Below are positions 26,307-36,434 of a DNA stretch of 64,000 nucleotides, piece after piece. The notes under the pieces are model-generated. The model ran no database searches and was not told the DNA's origin. It saw only the letters and a list, made by a program, of their open reading frames with translations. The number at the start of each line of letters is the position of its first letter. The first letter of the stretch is position 1. Source of the DNA: a virus; IMG/VR virus record IMGVR_UViG_3300017917_003742, positions 1-64,000 of that record; one strand, written 5' to 3'. A program made the position numbers and the translations under genes.

Positions 26307-27309
26307 TCTTATCCTGTGCGTTGGAGACATACACTTAGGAGTTAATAAGAATAATCCGTTGTTCTTTAAAACTGCATTACGTTATGCAGACTGGATTAAT
26401 TCTGTTTGTCAAAAAAACAACATAAAAACAATTGTTCAGCTTGGTGACATATTTCATAATCGGGAAATGATTCACCTTCCTGCTATAAATTGTGCATACG
26501 AGTTTTTCGATAAACTCAAAGATTATGATTTGCATATAATTTCTGGAAACCATGACTGCTTACTGAATAATACTAGTGATGTTAACTCTCTTAAACTGTT
26601 AAAGCAATGGCCTAACATCACTGTTCATGAAAAAGTTTCTGTGATAGACGAGATTTGTTTTTGTGGATGGGGAACCAAAATCGAAGATATTCCGAAAAAC
26701 AACAAAATTATTTTTGGTCACTTTGACATTAAAGGATTTGAAATGAGTTCTTTTAAAATTAGTGAACACGGCTTTTCTGCATCTGATCTTATGAGCCGTT
26801 GCAGTTTGCTTATGAGTGGTCACTATCACAAGCCACAAGTGCGTTTTTACGACAAGAAACCTCTTGTTTATACTGGCAGTGCATATCAGCTTAATTGGGG
26901 AGAAAGTGGTGAGGATAAATATGCATACATTCTCGACACCGAGACATTACAATACAGGCTTTTAGAAAATAAAATTAGTCCTCGCTTTCAGTATATAAGA
27001 AAGCCAGAAGATTATGACAAAGTTGAAAATAACTTTGTTTCAATCGAAGTTGAAAATGTTGAAGATGTTCCAAATGCAGTTGCAAAGCTTTCTGCACTCA
27101 AAGCACTGGATATTAAAACAACGCAAAAACCCCTTGAGTATAAACGCGAAATTTCTCTTGAGAATGGCGATGTTGTGACATTTGAGGAAAACGCATCGTC
27201 TGTTCTTGAGTGTATCGAAGAATACGCATCTCTTCTAGAAAATATAACAGACGAGGAAAAGAAAATTGTTGCAGAAAAGCTCAATGACCTTTATAGTCGC
27301 TGTGTATGA
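26296..27309 (+). CDS. 47: recombination endonuclease subunit gp47 (Mre11/SbcD-like)
   Basis: GDIHLG, QLGDIFH, GNHD, FGHF, SGHYH, YTGS. Confidence 0.9.
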   Translation: MKNNLILCVGDIHLGVNKNNPLFFKTALRYADWINSVCQKNNIKTIVQLGDIFHNREMIHLPAINCAYEFFDKLKDYDLHIISGNHDCLLNNTSDVNSLKLLKQWPNITVHEKVSVIDEICFCGWGTKIEDIPKNNKIIFGHFDIKGFEMSSFKISEHGFSASDLMSRCSLLMSGHYHKPQVRFYDKKPLVYTGSAYQLNWGESGEDKYAYILDTETLQYRLLENKISPRFQYIRKPEDYDKVENNFVSIEVENVEDVPNAVAKLSALKALDIKTTQKPLEYKREISLENGDVVTFEENASSVLECIEEYASLLENITDEEKKIVAEKLNDLYSRCV

Positions 27310-27866
27310 GTGCTGAAAAACAAAGACGCTGGTTTCCAATCAATTTTGAAAAGATCAAGGGAATTCCTATTAATTCCCATCCCGGTGCATTTGGTTGTGC
27401 TCGTAAATACAACTTTCACGAAGGAGTTGATCTTTATGGCGAACCGGGTGATTGGGTGTATGCTATACGTGATGGTGTAGTAATTTCCAACATGGGTTTT
27501 ACAGGACCAAAGGAAGGACACTCTTGGTGGTTAGAAACTAATGCAGTTCTTGTAAAAGATGAAGAAGGTTATTATGTTTATGGAGAACTTTTTTCACATC
27601 TAAAAGCTGGTGACAAAGTTCTTGCAGGAGATAAAATTGGAGAACTCACACCAGTTCTTCCTCCGCATAAAAAGCGAGTTGACATTCCCGGTCATTCTGT
27701 TACAATGTTACATCTTGAGCGTTGGAGTCTCGCTTATGACGAGGTTGGCGGATGGAGTGCATGGCAAACCAGAGAAAGCCGCCCAAATTATCTCTTGGAC
27801 CCAACACAGGAACTCATTCAAATTTTAAAAGATAAAAAAAGACCATTAACATTTTTAACACTATGA
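27306..27866 (+). CDS. M23 family peptidase
   Basis: HEGVDL, VYAIRDGVV, GDKV.AGDKIG, MLHLE. Confidence 0.75.
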   Translation: MSAEKQRRWFPINFEKIKGIPINSHPGAFGCARKYNFHEGVDLYGEPGDWVYAIRDGVVISNMGFTGPKEGHSWWLETNAVLVKDEEGYYVYGELFSHLKAGDKVLAGDKIGELTPVLPPHKKRVDIPGHSVTMLHLERWSLAYDEVGGWSAWQTRESRPNYLLDPTQELIQILKDKKRPLTFLTL

Positions 27867-28063
27867 CTAATGAACTAACAGACCGTGAATTTGCTTGCTT
27901 GTTATGGAACACGATGTATCCTGAAAGACGCCCATTTGGACAAATTTCAGACAGCGCAAAGGACGAGTGGGAAAAACTCGCAAGAATAGCAAAAGGTATT
28001 GCCAAATTAGAAGGCATAGATTGCATGGCAGAAATCAAAGAAATCTTAAAACCACAACTATAA
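27863..28063 (+). CDS. hypothetical protein
   Basis: 66-aa ORF with ATGA coupling. Confidence 0.6.
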   Translation: MTNELTDREFACLLWNTMYPERRPFGQISDSAKDEWEKLARIAKGIAKLEGIDCMAEIKEILKPQL

Positions 28064-28064
28064 T

Positions 28065-28718
28065 ATGAAAATTTTAATTACTAGTGGAGGAACCGATGTT
28101 CCTATTGACGATGTTCGTAAAATCTCTAACATGAGTTCAGGAAAATATGGTGCCGAAATTGCAACTGTATTACATGATAATTTTTTTAATGAACATGATA
28201 TTTGGTACTTAGGGAAAAAAGGTGGAGTGTTCCCTAATCCAGAGATAGATTTACATTTTCAAGGTAAAAAATATTTAGGTAATTTAATATTTTCTAATTA
28301 TGAAGAATATAAAGAGAATAGCATAATAGCAGCGGCAAAGATTTCACCTGACATAATTATTTCCGCAGCAGCGGTTTCCGATTACATCTTGGATAAAACA
28401 GAAGGTAAAATTTCTAGTGACAATGATGAACTTGTTATTCGCTTGAAGAAAGCTCCGAAGATTTTACCTTTGCTTCGTGAAGCGGCTCCAAATGCGCTTC
28501 TGGTAGGCTTTAAACTGCTTGTAAGTCCATCCAAGGATGAGATTGACAGTGCCGTTCAAAAGGTGTTTAAAAACGGCGCAGATTTGGTCGTGTATAACGA
28601 CTTAACAGAGATTCGCAAAGGTAATCTCATACGCTATGTTTTTACTCCTACCATGAGTTTCACTATTGCAAGAGACGCCAAAGAATTAGTAGACATAATC
28701 CTCAATTATAAGAAATGA
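28065..28718 (+). CDS. coaB: phosphopantothenate--cysteine ligase (CoaB-like)
   Basis: ILITSGGT..PIDDVRKISNMSSGKYG, AAAVSDY, GKISS, PKIL, LVGFKL, VYND. Confidence 0.9.
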   Translation: MKILITSGGTDVPIDDVRKISNMSSGKYGAEIATVLHDNFFNEHDIWYLGKKGGVFPNPEIDLHFQGKKYLGNLIFSNYEEYKENSIIAAAKISPDIIISAAAVSDYILDKTEGKISSDNDELVIRLKKAPKILPLLREAAPNALLVGFKLLVSPSKDEIDSAVQKVFKNGADLVVYNDLTEIRKGNLIRYVFTPTMSFTIARDAKELVDIILNYKK

Positions 28719-29227
28719 AAGTGTTACACGGTTTAACAGGAAGTGTCGCAACTGTTCTGAATGATAAAATTCGACAATCTTATAATTTAGTATCATTTGA
28801 TACAAAATTTATTGCAACTAACAATTCCTTTCAAATATCTAGTGTAGGAGAAGCTTATACAGATAGTAGCGAATGGTTCGTTTATAGAGAAGAGAAAAAA
28901 GTTCTTCATATCGAACTTGTTAAGTGGGCAGATGTTTTTGTCATTGCACCACTCTCTGCTAACACTCTCGCAAAAATTGCAAATGGAATTTGTGACAACT
29001 TGCTCACATGTGTCGCAAGAGCGTGGGATTTCGAGAAACCTTTCATTGTTGCTCCCGCCATGAATACAAAAATGTGGACTCATCCAATAACAGAAGAGCA
29101 TGTTAAAAAACTTCGTTCATGGGGAATATCTGTTTTAGAACCTGTTGAGAAAACTCTTTATTGTGGTGACACAGGAATAGGAGCAATGACAAATATTGAA
29201 AACATTATTAGAGCAATAAAAATATGA
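28715..29227 (+). CDS. coaC: phosphopantothenoylcysteine decarboxylase (HFCD flavoprotein, PPCDC/Hal3-type)
   Basis: GLTGSVA, VLHIEL.KWAD, APLSANTLAKIANGICDNLLTC, PAMNTKMW, LYCGDTGIGAM. Confidence 0.9.
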   Translation: MKVLHGLTGSVATVLNDKIRQSYNLVSFDTKFIATNNSFQISSVGEAYTDSSEWFVYREEKKVLHIELVKWADVFVIAPLSANTLAKIANGICDNLLTCVARAWDFEKPFIVAPAMNTKMWTHPITEEHVKKLRSWGISVLEPVEKTLYCGDTGIGAMTNIENIIRAIKI

Positions 29228-29520
29228 CAGAAGACCTTAAAAAATATTTAGAAACTCTTAAAAAACAAAATAGTCCAGAAAATCAAGACTATATTAAAGC
29301 GGTTGAGCTAGGATTAACTGGAAAAGATCGTTGGAGTGAAGGAATTCCCCATCATCCAATGTCAGAACGATTAATGAAGTTTCTAGCAAAACACGACTTC
29401 ATTGATTATGACGATTATTTCTGTTGGAAAATGGGAGGAGACGGAGATAACGGTGAAACTCTTATGTATCAAATGGATGCCTTTTTTGAAACTCTTGATA
29501 TTGAGAAAAAGAGTAGTTAA
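29224..29520 (+). CDS. hypothetical protein
   Basis: 98-aa ORF with YFCWKMGGDGDNGE motif. Confidence 0.7.
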   Translation: MTEDLKKYLETLKKQNSPENQDYIKAVELGLTGKDRWSEGIPHHPMSERLMKFLAKHDFIDYDDYFCWKMGGDGDNGETLMYQMDAFFETLDIEKKSS

Positions 29521-29528
29521 ATAACTAC

Positions 29529-29978
29529 ATGGAAAAAGATTTAACATTAGATGATCTTAAAAACGCCATTGAAGAAATGGGATATTATGTTTCGGAAATA
29601 CGTCCAAAAGGACCGTGTTGGGTTATTTTTGGAAAGGTGTTTTATGAAGGAAAGTTACGATTTGAAAAAACTGCCATCGAGTGCCGAACACATAAAGTGA
29701 AAAATATAGACCAGTTCAAATTTGATATTATAACAGACTATAAAGATATTTGGGAAGAAAATAATATCAATCCCATATTTAGTTTATACACTCTTGAAAA
29801 AATACAAGATGAACAATCAGGAGAATCTTTATATGCTGTAAGATATGCGATTACAGATCATTTATATAAAGGAGCGAAAGAAATAACAATCGAAGAAGCG
29901 AAAGAAATATTGAAAACTCGCAGAGACGATGTTTCAATGGAATTTTATCAAGATTTGAAGAACATTTACGAATTGTAA
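29529..29978 (+). CDS. small protein resembling condensed gp23 (HK97-fold) motifs
   Basis: RPKGPCWVIF...Y, LRFEKTAIECRTHKVK, IQDEQSGESLYAVRYAI in gp23 order. Confidence 0.4.
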   Translation: MEKDLTLDDLKNAIEEMGYYVSEIRPKGPCWVIFGKVFYEGKLRFEKTAIECRTHKVKNIDQFKFDIITDYKDIWEENNINPIFSLYTLEKIQDEQSGESLYAVRYAITDHLYKGAKEITIEEAKEILKTRRDDVSMEFYQDLKNIYEL

Positions 29979-30031
29979 TCTATAAAATACTTGAAAAATT
30001 CTTAAACGGGTGATAAAGTATCTATACAAAA

Positions 30032-30892
30032 ATGTCAAAATTTAATCATTTCAAAGAAAAAACCGCAGTCGCAATCATCACCTGTAACCGTGAAGAATTC
30101 CTCCATCAAGCAGTAGAAAGCATAGATCGTGAAGCTGTAGGAGAAATTTTCGTTGTTAATGCTGGTGGTCATCTTAAAAAAAGACCCGAAGGCGTTAAAA
30201 TTGTTCAGTGTAACCGAAATCCTACCGTTGTAGGAATTGCTAAGAATATTGCTCTTCGTGAAATGAAAAAGAGTGGATACGAGTTTTTATTCTTAATGGA
30301 AGATGATGTTAAAGTTAAAGATAATAATGTTTTCTTGAAGTATATTGAAACCGCAATGGACAGTGGACTTTGGGCAGGCCAGCTTTCTTATGGTGTTCAC
30401 GGAGGCGTAGGAGGCGGAAACGTAGCTCCTGACGGAACTCCCCTAAAAAGACTCACTGTTCAATACACACATCATAAAGTAGATTTATATCGCAACAGCT
30501 TTCAAGCATTCACACTTTATCATGCAAACGTTTTAAATCAGATTGGATATTTCGCAGAAAACTATCTTAATGCAGCAGAACATTTAGATCATTACTACAC
30601 TGCATACCTAAAAGGTCTTGGATGTAATTACTGGTATTTCCCTGACATTGAAAATTCATTTGAGTATCTTGAAGACATTGATGCAAATCACAGCAACTCT
30701 GTAATTCGAAATTCCAAAGATTTTACAACCAACTTTTCAACAAGTTGGGGACTGTTCAAAGATAAATTCAATTGTTATCCTCACGAAGTCACGGATTCTT
30801 CTGTTGAAGAAGTGAACGAAAGATTAAATCTTATCGAACAAAACTATTCTCAAAAATCTTTACTAGAGTCTCCCGTTGACAGCGAACAATAA
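30032..30892 (+). CDS. GT-A (GT2-like) glycosyltransferase
   Basis: AIITCNRE, GIAKNIAL, LFLMEDD, IGYF.ENY.NAAEHLD. Confidence 0.8.
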   Translation: MSKFNHFKEKTAVAIITCNREEFLHQAVESIDREAVGEIFVVNAGGHLKKRPEGVKIVQCNRNPTVVGIAKNIALREMKKSGYEFLFLMEDDVKVKDNNVFLKYIETAMDSGLWAGQLSYGVHGGVGGGNVAPDGTPLKRLTVQYTHHKVDLYRNSFQAFTLYHANVLNQIGYFAENYLNAAEHLDHYYTAYLKGLGCNYWYFPDIENSFEYLEDIDANHSNSVIRNSKDFTTNFSTSWGLFKDKFNCYPHEVTDSSVEEVNERLNLIEQNYSQKSLLESPVDSEQ

Positions 30893-30904
30893 CTGTAGTA
30901 TAAT
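30876..30904 (+). promoter_or_regulatory. consensus sigma70 promoter (leaderless mRNA)
   Basis: TTGACA-17nt-TATAAT, 5 nt before ATG at 30910. Confidence 0.85.
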
Positions 30905-30909
30905 CTAGC

Positions 30910-32070
30910 ATGAGTCTTATTGATAAACTTAAAGAGTTAGGTGCAGTTTTTGTCGAAGAAACCATTAACGCCAATGATGGGAAATTCATTCTCGGAAAAG
31001 ACGCTACAGCTTATGAGGAATTTCTCTATGTGTTGAAGTATGGTAACATTCCATCAACATCTGATGTTGAATACAAGAAAAATCGCTTTGAAGAAGTGCT
31101 AAAATTCTTTATCAAAGAAAATTTCAAAGTTGGGTTTGTTCGTTCAACATACAATCGTTGGAGTGCAGAAACCGTCTTCTTGTTCAATGACAGCATCAAA
31201 ACTATCATTGAACTTGCTGATCGAAAAAACAATGATGTTATTCTCACCACAGACGAGGAATCGCAAAATGATGAGTATGCAACCATAACAATCTGTTATG
31301 ACCTTCAAAAAGGTGGAGAATTTGCAAATAAAGTTAAAGAAGAATTTTTCGCAAAGAAAGATTTATCCGACAGTGGCAAGATTCTTTTGTTTGAAAAGAC
31401 CGAATACAATGAGATGATTCTCACTCCTCACCCAATTAAGAACTATGATCTTGATTTGAGTGAAAACTACAACGACGACTTTCTTGATGTTCATGAAAAA
31501 ATCAAAGGATGGGCAGAAGATTTCAAGAGTCGCAACAATAAGCTTGTTCTTCTTCATGGTGTTCCCGGTAGTGGAAAAACCAATTATATCAAGTATATCT
31601 TGAACAATATCAAATCCTCCAAGAAGATTTATATTCCGCCATATCTTGTGAACAGCATGGCAGACCCAGCATTTTTTCCTGTTATCAAACGTGAAAAGGA
31701 AAGCATTCTCATCATTGAAGATGCAGAAAAGATTCTTATCAATCGTGAAGATTCCTCAGACAACAGTGTAATTTCAATCTTGTTGAACCTTTGTGATGGT
31801 ATCATGGCTGATGTATTGAACTTTAAAATCATCGCAACTTTCAACACAGACGAAGATAAAATTGATGCTGCATTAAAGAGAAAAGGACGCATGTTTTTGA
31901 AGTATAAGTTTGACTCTCTTTCCAAAGAGAAAACTAAGCACTTGTTCAATAAAATTTATGGTGCAGAACCACCTAAAGAACGTATGACTCTTGCCGAAAT
32001 CTACAACGACGAAAACGAATTTGGTGCGAAAAAAGAAGAGAAGAAATCTATCGGTTTCCTTAATGTATGA
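30910..32070 (+). CDS. AAA+ ATPase
   Basis: LLHGVPGSGKT, LIIEDAE, LLNLCDG, ATFN, DAALKRKGR. Confidence 0.9.
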   Translation: MSLIDKLKELGAVFVEETINANDGKFILGKDATAYEEFLYVLKYGNIPSTSDVEYKKNRFEEVLKFFIKENFKVGFVRSTYNRWSAETVFLFNDSIKTIIELADRKNNDVILTTDEESQNDEYATITICYDLQKGGEFANKVKEEFFAKKDLSDSGKILLFEKTEYNEMILTPHPIKNYDLDLSENYNDDFLDVHEKIKGWAEDFKSRNNKLVLLHGVPGSGKTNYIKYILNNIKSSKKIYIPPYLVNSMADPAFFPVIKREKESILIIEDAEKILINREDSSDNSVISILLNLCDGIMADVLNFKIIATFNTDEDKIDAALKRKGRMFLKYKFDSLSKEKTKHLFNKIYGAEPPKERMTLAEIYNDENEFGAKKEEKKSIGFLNV

Positions 32071-32837
32071 TCGGAATAGGAATAATTACATATGATCGTG
32101 AAGAAAAGTTCAATAGAGTATTAAGTTCTATTGAACTTTCTCGCGTCGGACATGTTGTTGCATTAAAAGACGGAGGAAAACCGCCTTATAAAGAACTGCC
32201 TTACTCTGATAAAAAAATTGAATATCACCAATTAGAGGATAATAAAGGAGTTGGAAAGTGCAAAAATATTATTTTAAATTATTTAACAAGTAAAGATTGT
32301 GAACATATTTTTTTACTAGAAGATGACTGTCTTGTAAAAGATAACAGTGTGTGGGACTATTGCATATCTTTCGCAGAAGAAAGTGGACTATTACATTTTA
32401 ACTGGAACGATTATCGTCATCCACGTTTTGCAACAGCAGAGTTTCATAAGCACAAGGCTGCACTTTGTCATAACACAGAAGCAAGTTTCTCTTACTTTCA
32501 TAAGAAATTCCTAGAAGACATTCGTTTTGATGAAAATTATATGAATGCATGGGAACATATAGACATCGAACTTCAAGGAGAAGCGAAAGGATTTCTACCT
32601 CCTTTTCGTTGGTTTGTTTCGCCATCAGATTTAAATTTATATCTTGAGGATATAGACACAAATGATTCTTCTATCACAAACAGGGAACATTATCATGAAC
32701 GTGTAATGAGTGGTCATCACTATTTTGAAAAAAAGTGGGGTAAAAAGGTCAACGAAATTCCAAGAGTAGACGGAAAATCCTTCTACGAAAAAATGAAACA
32801 AATTACAATAAAATATGCAAATCGCAATAGTAACTAA
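32067..32837 (+). CDS. GT-A (GT2-like) glycosyltransferase, paralog of 30032
   Basis: GIITYDRE, GVGKCKN, IFLLEDD, FDENYMNAWEHID. Confidence 0.8.
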   Translation: MIGIGIITYDREEKFNRVLSSIELSRVGHVVALKDGGKPPYKELPYSDKKIEYHQLEDNKGVGKCKNIILNYLTSKDCEHIFLLEDDCLVKDNSVWDYCISFAEESGLLHFNWNDYRHPRFATAEFHKHKAALCHNTEASFSYFHKKFLEDIRFDENYMNAWEHIDIELQGEAKGFLPPFRWFVSPSDLNLYLEDIDTNDSSITNREHYHERVMSGHHYFEKKWGKKVNEIPRVDGKSFYEKMKQITIKYANRNSN

Positions 32838-33681
32838 TACCTTTAGAAAATATCATCGTCAAAATATAGCTTCTGAATCTTGGTTAAATCTAAAGAGATC
32901 GTTTCCTGATAATGTGCGTTTATACAATCTCCAATTCAAGGATGAGAAAACCACATTTGAAGATCATTACGAAGGTGTTGACACAGTTTTTTGTTTGGAT
33001 ACATCAAGTAAAACTTATATTAAAAATGCCTCAAAAAAACTTCCTGTAATATCAGAAATTATTTTTCGAGGTTTTGTTTATAGTAAATGTGATTATTTGA
33101 TATATGTAAATTCTGATGTTATTCTTCTTCCTAGATTAATAGAATATATTTTAACAGAAAAGCCTGATTGTATGGCAGGTCCAAGACTTGATATAGAGAA
33201 TGTTGATTCTTTTCAAAATATATTAGATGAGAAGGTCAAGCCAGTTCGAAATGAAATTGCAGGATACGACTTTTTTGTTTTCGAAAAGAGTTGGTTCGAG
33301 ACTTATAAGAAATATTTTGTTAGTAAGTTCTTGATTGGTAAACCTCTTTTTGACGTAGATTATGCAGGTCTTATGGTTCTCTTTGGAAAGAAATATCATA
33401 TCGCAAACGGTTATCCTGTTATGGCACTTCATATTCATCACGGAATTGATTCTGTAACAACAGATTGTGCCGAAAGGGATCATAATCAGAAAGTTCATGA
33501 TGAGAACGATTTGTTCAGAATAGCCAACAATGTGATGTTTTTTAACTTACAACATAACTTGTGTAAAAGAAAACCTTGGGGTGCCTTTTTACAACCGCAG
33601 GCTAATGAACAACAAATTCAGAAAAGTTTTTTTGATGTGATGAACATACATGTTGATAACCAGATTAAATACGTCGAATGA
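32815..33681 (+). CDS. putative GT-A glycosyltransferase
   Basis: YLIYVNSDVIL (DxD-like), GYDFFVF, GKPLFD, HIHH. Confidence 0.65.
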   Translation: MQIAIVTNTFRKYHRQNIASESWLNLKRSFPDNVRLYNLQFKDEKTTFEDHYEGVDTVFCLDTSSKTYIKNASKKLPVISEIIFRGFVYSKCDYLIYVNSDVILLPRLIEYILTEKPDCMAGPRLDIENVDSFQNILDEKVKPVRNEIAGYDFFVFEKSWFETYKKYFVSKFLIGKPLFDVDYAGLMVLFGKKYHIANGYPVMALHIHHGIDSVTTDCAERDHNQKVHDENDLFRIANNVMFFNLQHNLCKRKPWGAFLQPQANEQQIQKSFFDVMNIHVDNQIKYVE

Positions 33682-34316
33682 AAGTTTATACATTTTTTAC
33701 AGATAGTCATCGGAAACTTTTTGATATATTTGAAAAGAATTTTCCTTACTCAGAAGCAGAGTTAAACGTTAAGTGGTTTCCACAAGAATGCAAGACTGGA
33801 AGTTATATGGCCGAAGGTTGGACTTCTACAATGAGAAAGAAGGTAGAATATATTCTACAATCTTTGAAAGAGACGCCTGAGAACGAATGGTTCGTTCATT
33901 CAGACTGCGACATTGTTCTATTTCCCGGTTGGTCAGACATTCTTGAACGCAACAAGAACAAAGTTGATATGATGATTCAGAATGACTATACTATGCTTTG
34001 TGCAGGATTTTTCTTTTGTAAATCCAATGTCCAGACTAAATTACTTTGGGGAAGAGTTTTAAGAGACTTAGATAAGTTTGAGCATGACCAAATTGCTATG
34101 AATCATTTCATCAAACAAATGCCCGAATTAAAAGTTGGTGTTCTTCCAGATAGTTATTTCACTTATGGATATTTTAATAGGGAGAATTGGGTTGGACAAA
34201 AATTTCAAGTTCCTAATATAGATGATTTAAAAATGTTTCATGCTAACTGGACACAAGGAGTTGACAATAAGATGAAACTCTTGGAAGAAGTAATTAGACA
34301 GAAATGTTCAAAATAG
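33678..34316 (+). CDS. nucleotide-diphospho-sugar transferase (GT77-like)
   Basis: VHSDCDIV, CAGFFF, HDQIAMN, FHANW..GVDNK. Confidence 0.8.
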   Translation: MKVYTFFTDSHRKLFDIFEKNFPYSEAELNVKWFPQECKTGSYMAEGWTSTMRKKVEYILQSLKETPENEWFVHSDCDIVLFPGWSDILERNKNKVDMMIQNDYTMLCAGFFFCKSNVQTKLLWGRVLRDLDKFEHDQIAMNHFIKQMPELKVGVLPDSYFTYGYFNRENWVGQKFQVPNIDDLKMFHANWTQGVDNKMKLLEEVIRQKCSK

Positions 34317-35125
34317 TAACAATATCTAAAAATGGTTTTGGAGAAGTTTCTGACGAAGTAAAAACAGAGCAGAACGTATTTGATCTTCTGGTAAAAAATA
34401 ATAAAATATTACCAGAAGATTTAGGTTATGTCGGAATACCTTTGGCTGATAATATAAACAATCGTGGAATAAGGTATACTCAGAGCTTAATAAACGATGT
34501 TCAGAACAAGTTTCCGAATTTTAAAAAAATATATATTTGTCAGCATATAAAAGTTAATGAGTTAAATTTTTACGACAACACTGTTTTCACTCCACATGTA
34601 CTAAATTCACAGAACCATTTGTGTATTCCTCATTATAATTCTGTGATAAAACAAGATGATTATATTGAACCGCAAAAAAGAAAATACAAGTTTTCATTTT
34701 TCGGTGCATTTAATTCACATATAACTCGTAAACAATTAGCAGTTTATAATACAGATGATACACCAGTCGTTGATACTGGAACATGGCATTATTATAAATC
34801 ACCGAATGATAAAGAGAAATTTAAAAAAGATTACGTAAACAATCTAACTAACACTGTTTTTAGTTTGTGTCCAGAAGGAACAGGAGTGTCAACAATTCGA
34901 CTTTTTGAATCTATGGCTTGTGGTTCAATACCAGTTCTTTTTAATGATGTTAAAGTACCAGAATGTATTAGAGAATATTGCATCTATTCTAAGATAGAAT
35001 CTCTTCAAGATGATTTAAAAAATATCGAAAATAAAATAGACGAATATTCAAAAAACTTATACAAAATTTATTGGGATAGACTAGAAAACGAAAAGATTCT
35101 AGAGTATATATTAGATAATGTGTAG
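34304..35125 (+). CDS. exostosin-like (GT47) glycosyltransferase
   Basis: FSFFG..SHITR, FSLCPEGTG.STIRLFESMACGSIPV. Confidence 0.8.
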   Translation: MFKIVTISKNGFGEVSDEVKTEQNVFDLLVKNNKILPEDLGYVGIPLADNINNRGIRYTQSLINDVQNKFPNFKKIYICQHIKVNELNFYDNTVFTPHVLNSQNHLCIPHYNSVIKQDDYIEPQKRKYKFSFFGAFNSHITRKQLAVYNTDDTPVVDTGTWHYYKSPNDKEKFKKDYVNNLTNTVFSLCPEGTGVSTIRLFESMACGSIPVLFNDVKVPECIREYCIYSKIESLQDDLKNIENKIDEYSKNLYKIYWDRLENEKILEYILDNV

Positions 35126-36434
35126 TTTTTTAGTAACTAATAAACAAATCGAAAATTTAGATCACGTAAATTATTATCTAAAATTCAGAGGTCCAGACCA
35201 TACAGAAATTGTAGAAGAAAATGGATGGACTATGATTCATAATTTACTGTCTATTACGGGAGATTTTACAAGTCAACCAATTTCACAGAACAATGTTTTT
35301 CTTATTTTTAATGGAGAAGTTTATAATTTTTTAGATAATAATAAAGATTATAAAAGCGATGCATATTTTATATTAGATGAATATTTTTCTAAAGGAGAAG
35401 ATTTTGTAAAAAATCTAGATGGAGAATTTGCACTCGTATTATTAGATTTTAATAAAAACGTGTTGTATTTCTCTAGTGATATTTTTTGTTCAAAACCTAT
35501 TTTCGTAGCTTCGGAAAACAAAAAGATAGGCATCGCTTCTTATAAATCATCTTTAGAAAGACTAGGATTTAATAATTTTCAGAGAGTAACTCCCAATACT
35601 CTTTATAAATTAGATATAACTAATTGGACCTTAACCCACAACAATATTCACGATTGGGAGTTGACTCAGAATATTGATTCTTACGATCTTTGGGAAGAAG
35701 CTTTTTTTCAATCATTAACTAAGAGAACTATCTTTACAAGAAATTCATTTCTTGTTCCTATGAGTAGTGGTTATGATAGCGGCTCTATCGTTTGTGGTTT
35801 GGTAAATTCTCCTAACAAAAAAGATTTTATAACGTATTCGTTTTTCGGAAACGAAGATCGTTCTATCATAGAATCAAGATTACAGAATCATGACAAGAAA
35901 TATTTTAGTAATAGTATAACAACTTCTCAGAAAAATGAAATTGTTGATCTTATGAAAGAGATTGTTGAGCCTTTTTATTATGGTCCTTCACCTCAGACTA
36001 AAACTCATGAGGGGTTTGATGATAAAGGTGCTATAGGTCTTTTTTATCTTCTTAAAGAAATGAAACAGAAGGAGAATATCAAGGTCCAATTATCAGGACA
36101 AGGTGGAGACGAAATAACAGGAAATTTATCAACATATGGTTTTAACACCAGAAACCCTAATCCTTGGCCGAATGATTTGAAGAGTGTGTTTCCTTGGGGA
36201 AACTTTTACTATGGCGCAAATTGGAGTTATCTGAACAAAGAAGAGTGTATAGCAGGAAGTCTTGGAATCGAAACACGCTATCCCCTCTTGGATAAGAAGG
36301 TTGTTCAGTCTTTTATTAATCTTACACCTGAATTTAAAAATAGGTTTTATAAAGCACCTTTAAGGAATTTCATGAGTAAATATAAGTTCCCATTCAAAGA
36401 AGAAAAGTTAGGATTTAATTTACAAATTATATGA
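35118..36434 (+). CDS. asparagine synthetase-like glutamine amidotransferase
   Basis: N-terminal MC (Ntn Cys), RGPD, FNGEVYN, LDGEFA, SSGYDSG, SGQGGDEI, ETRYPLLD. Confidence 0.9.
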   Translation: MCSFLVTNKQIENLDHVNYYLKFRGPDHTEIVEENGWTMIHNLLSITGDFTSQPISQNNVFLIFNGEVYNFLDNNKDYKSDAYFILDEYFSKGEDFVKNLDGEFALVLLDFNKNVLYFSSDIFCSKPIFVASENKKIGIASYKSSLERLGFNNFQRVTPNTLYKLDITNWTLTHNNIHDWELTQNIDSYDLWEEAFFQSLTKRTIFTRNSFLVPMSSGYDSGSIVCGLVNSPNKKDFITYSFFGNEDRSIIESRLQNHDKKYFSNSITTSQKNEIVDLMKEIVEPFYYGPSPQTKTHEGFDDKGAIGLFYLLKEMKQKENIKVQLSGQGGDEITGNLSTYGFNTRNPNPWPNDLKSVFPWGNFYYGANWSYLNKEECIAGSLGIETRYPLLDKKVVQSFINLTPEFKNRFYKAPLRNFMSKYKFPFKEEKLGFNLQII

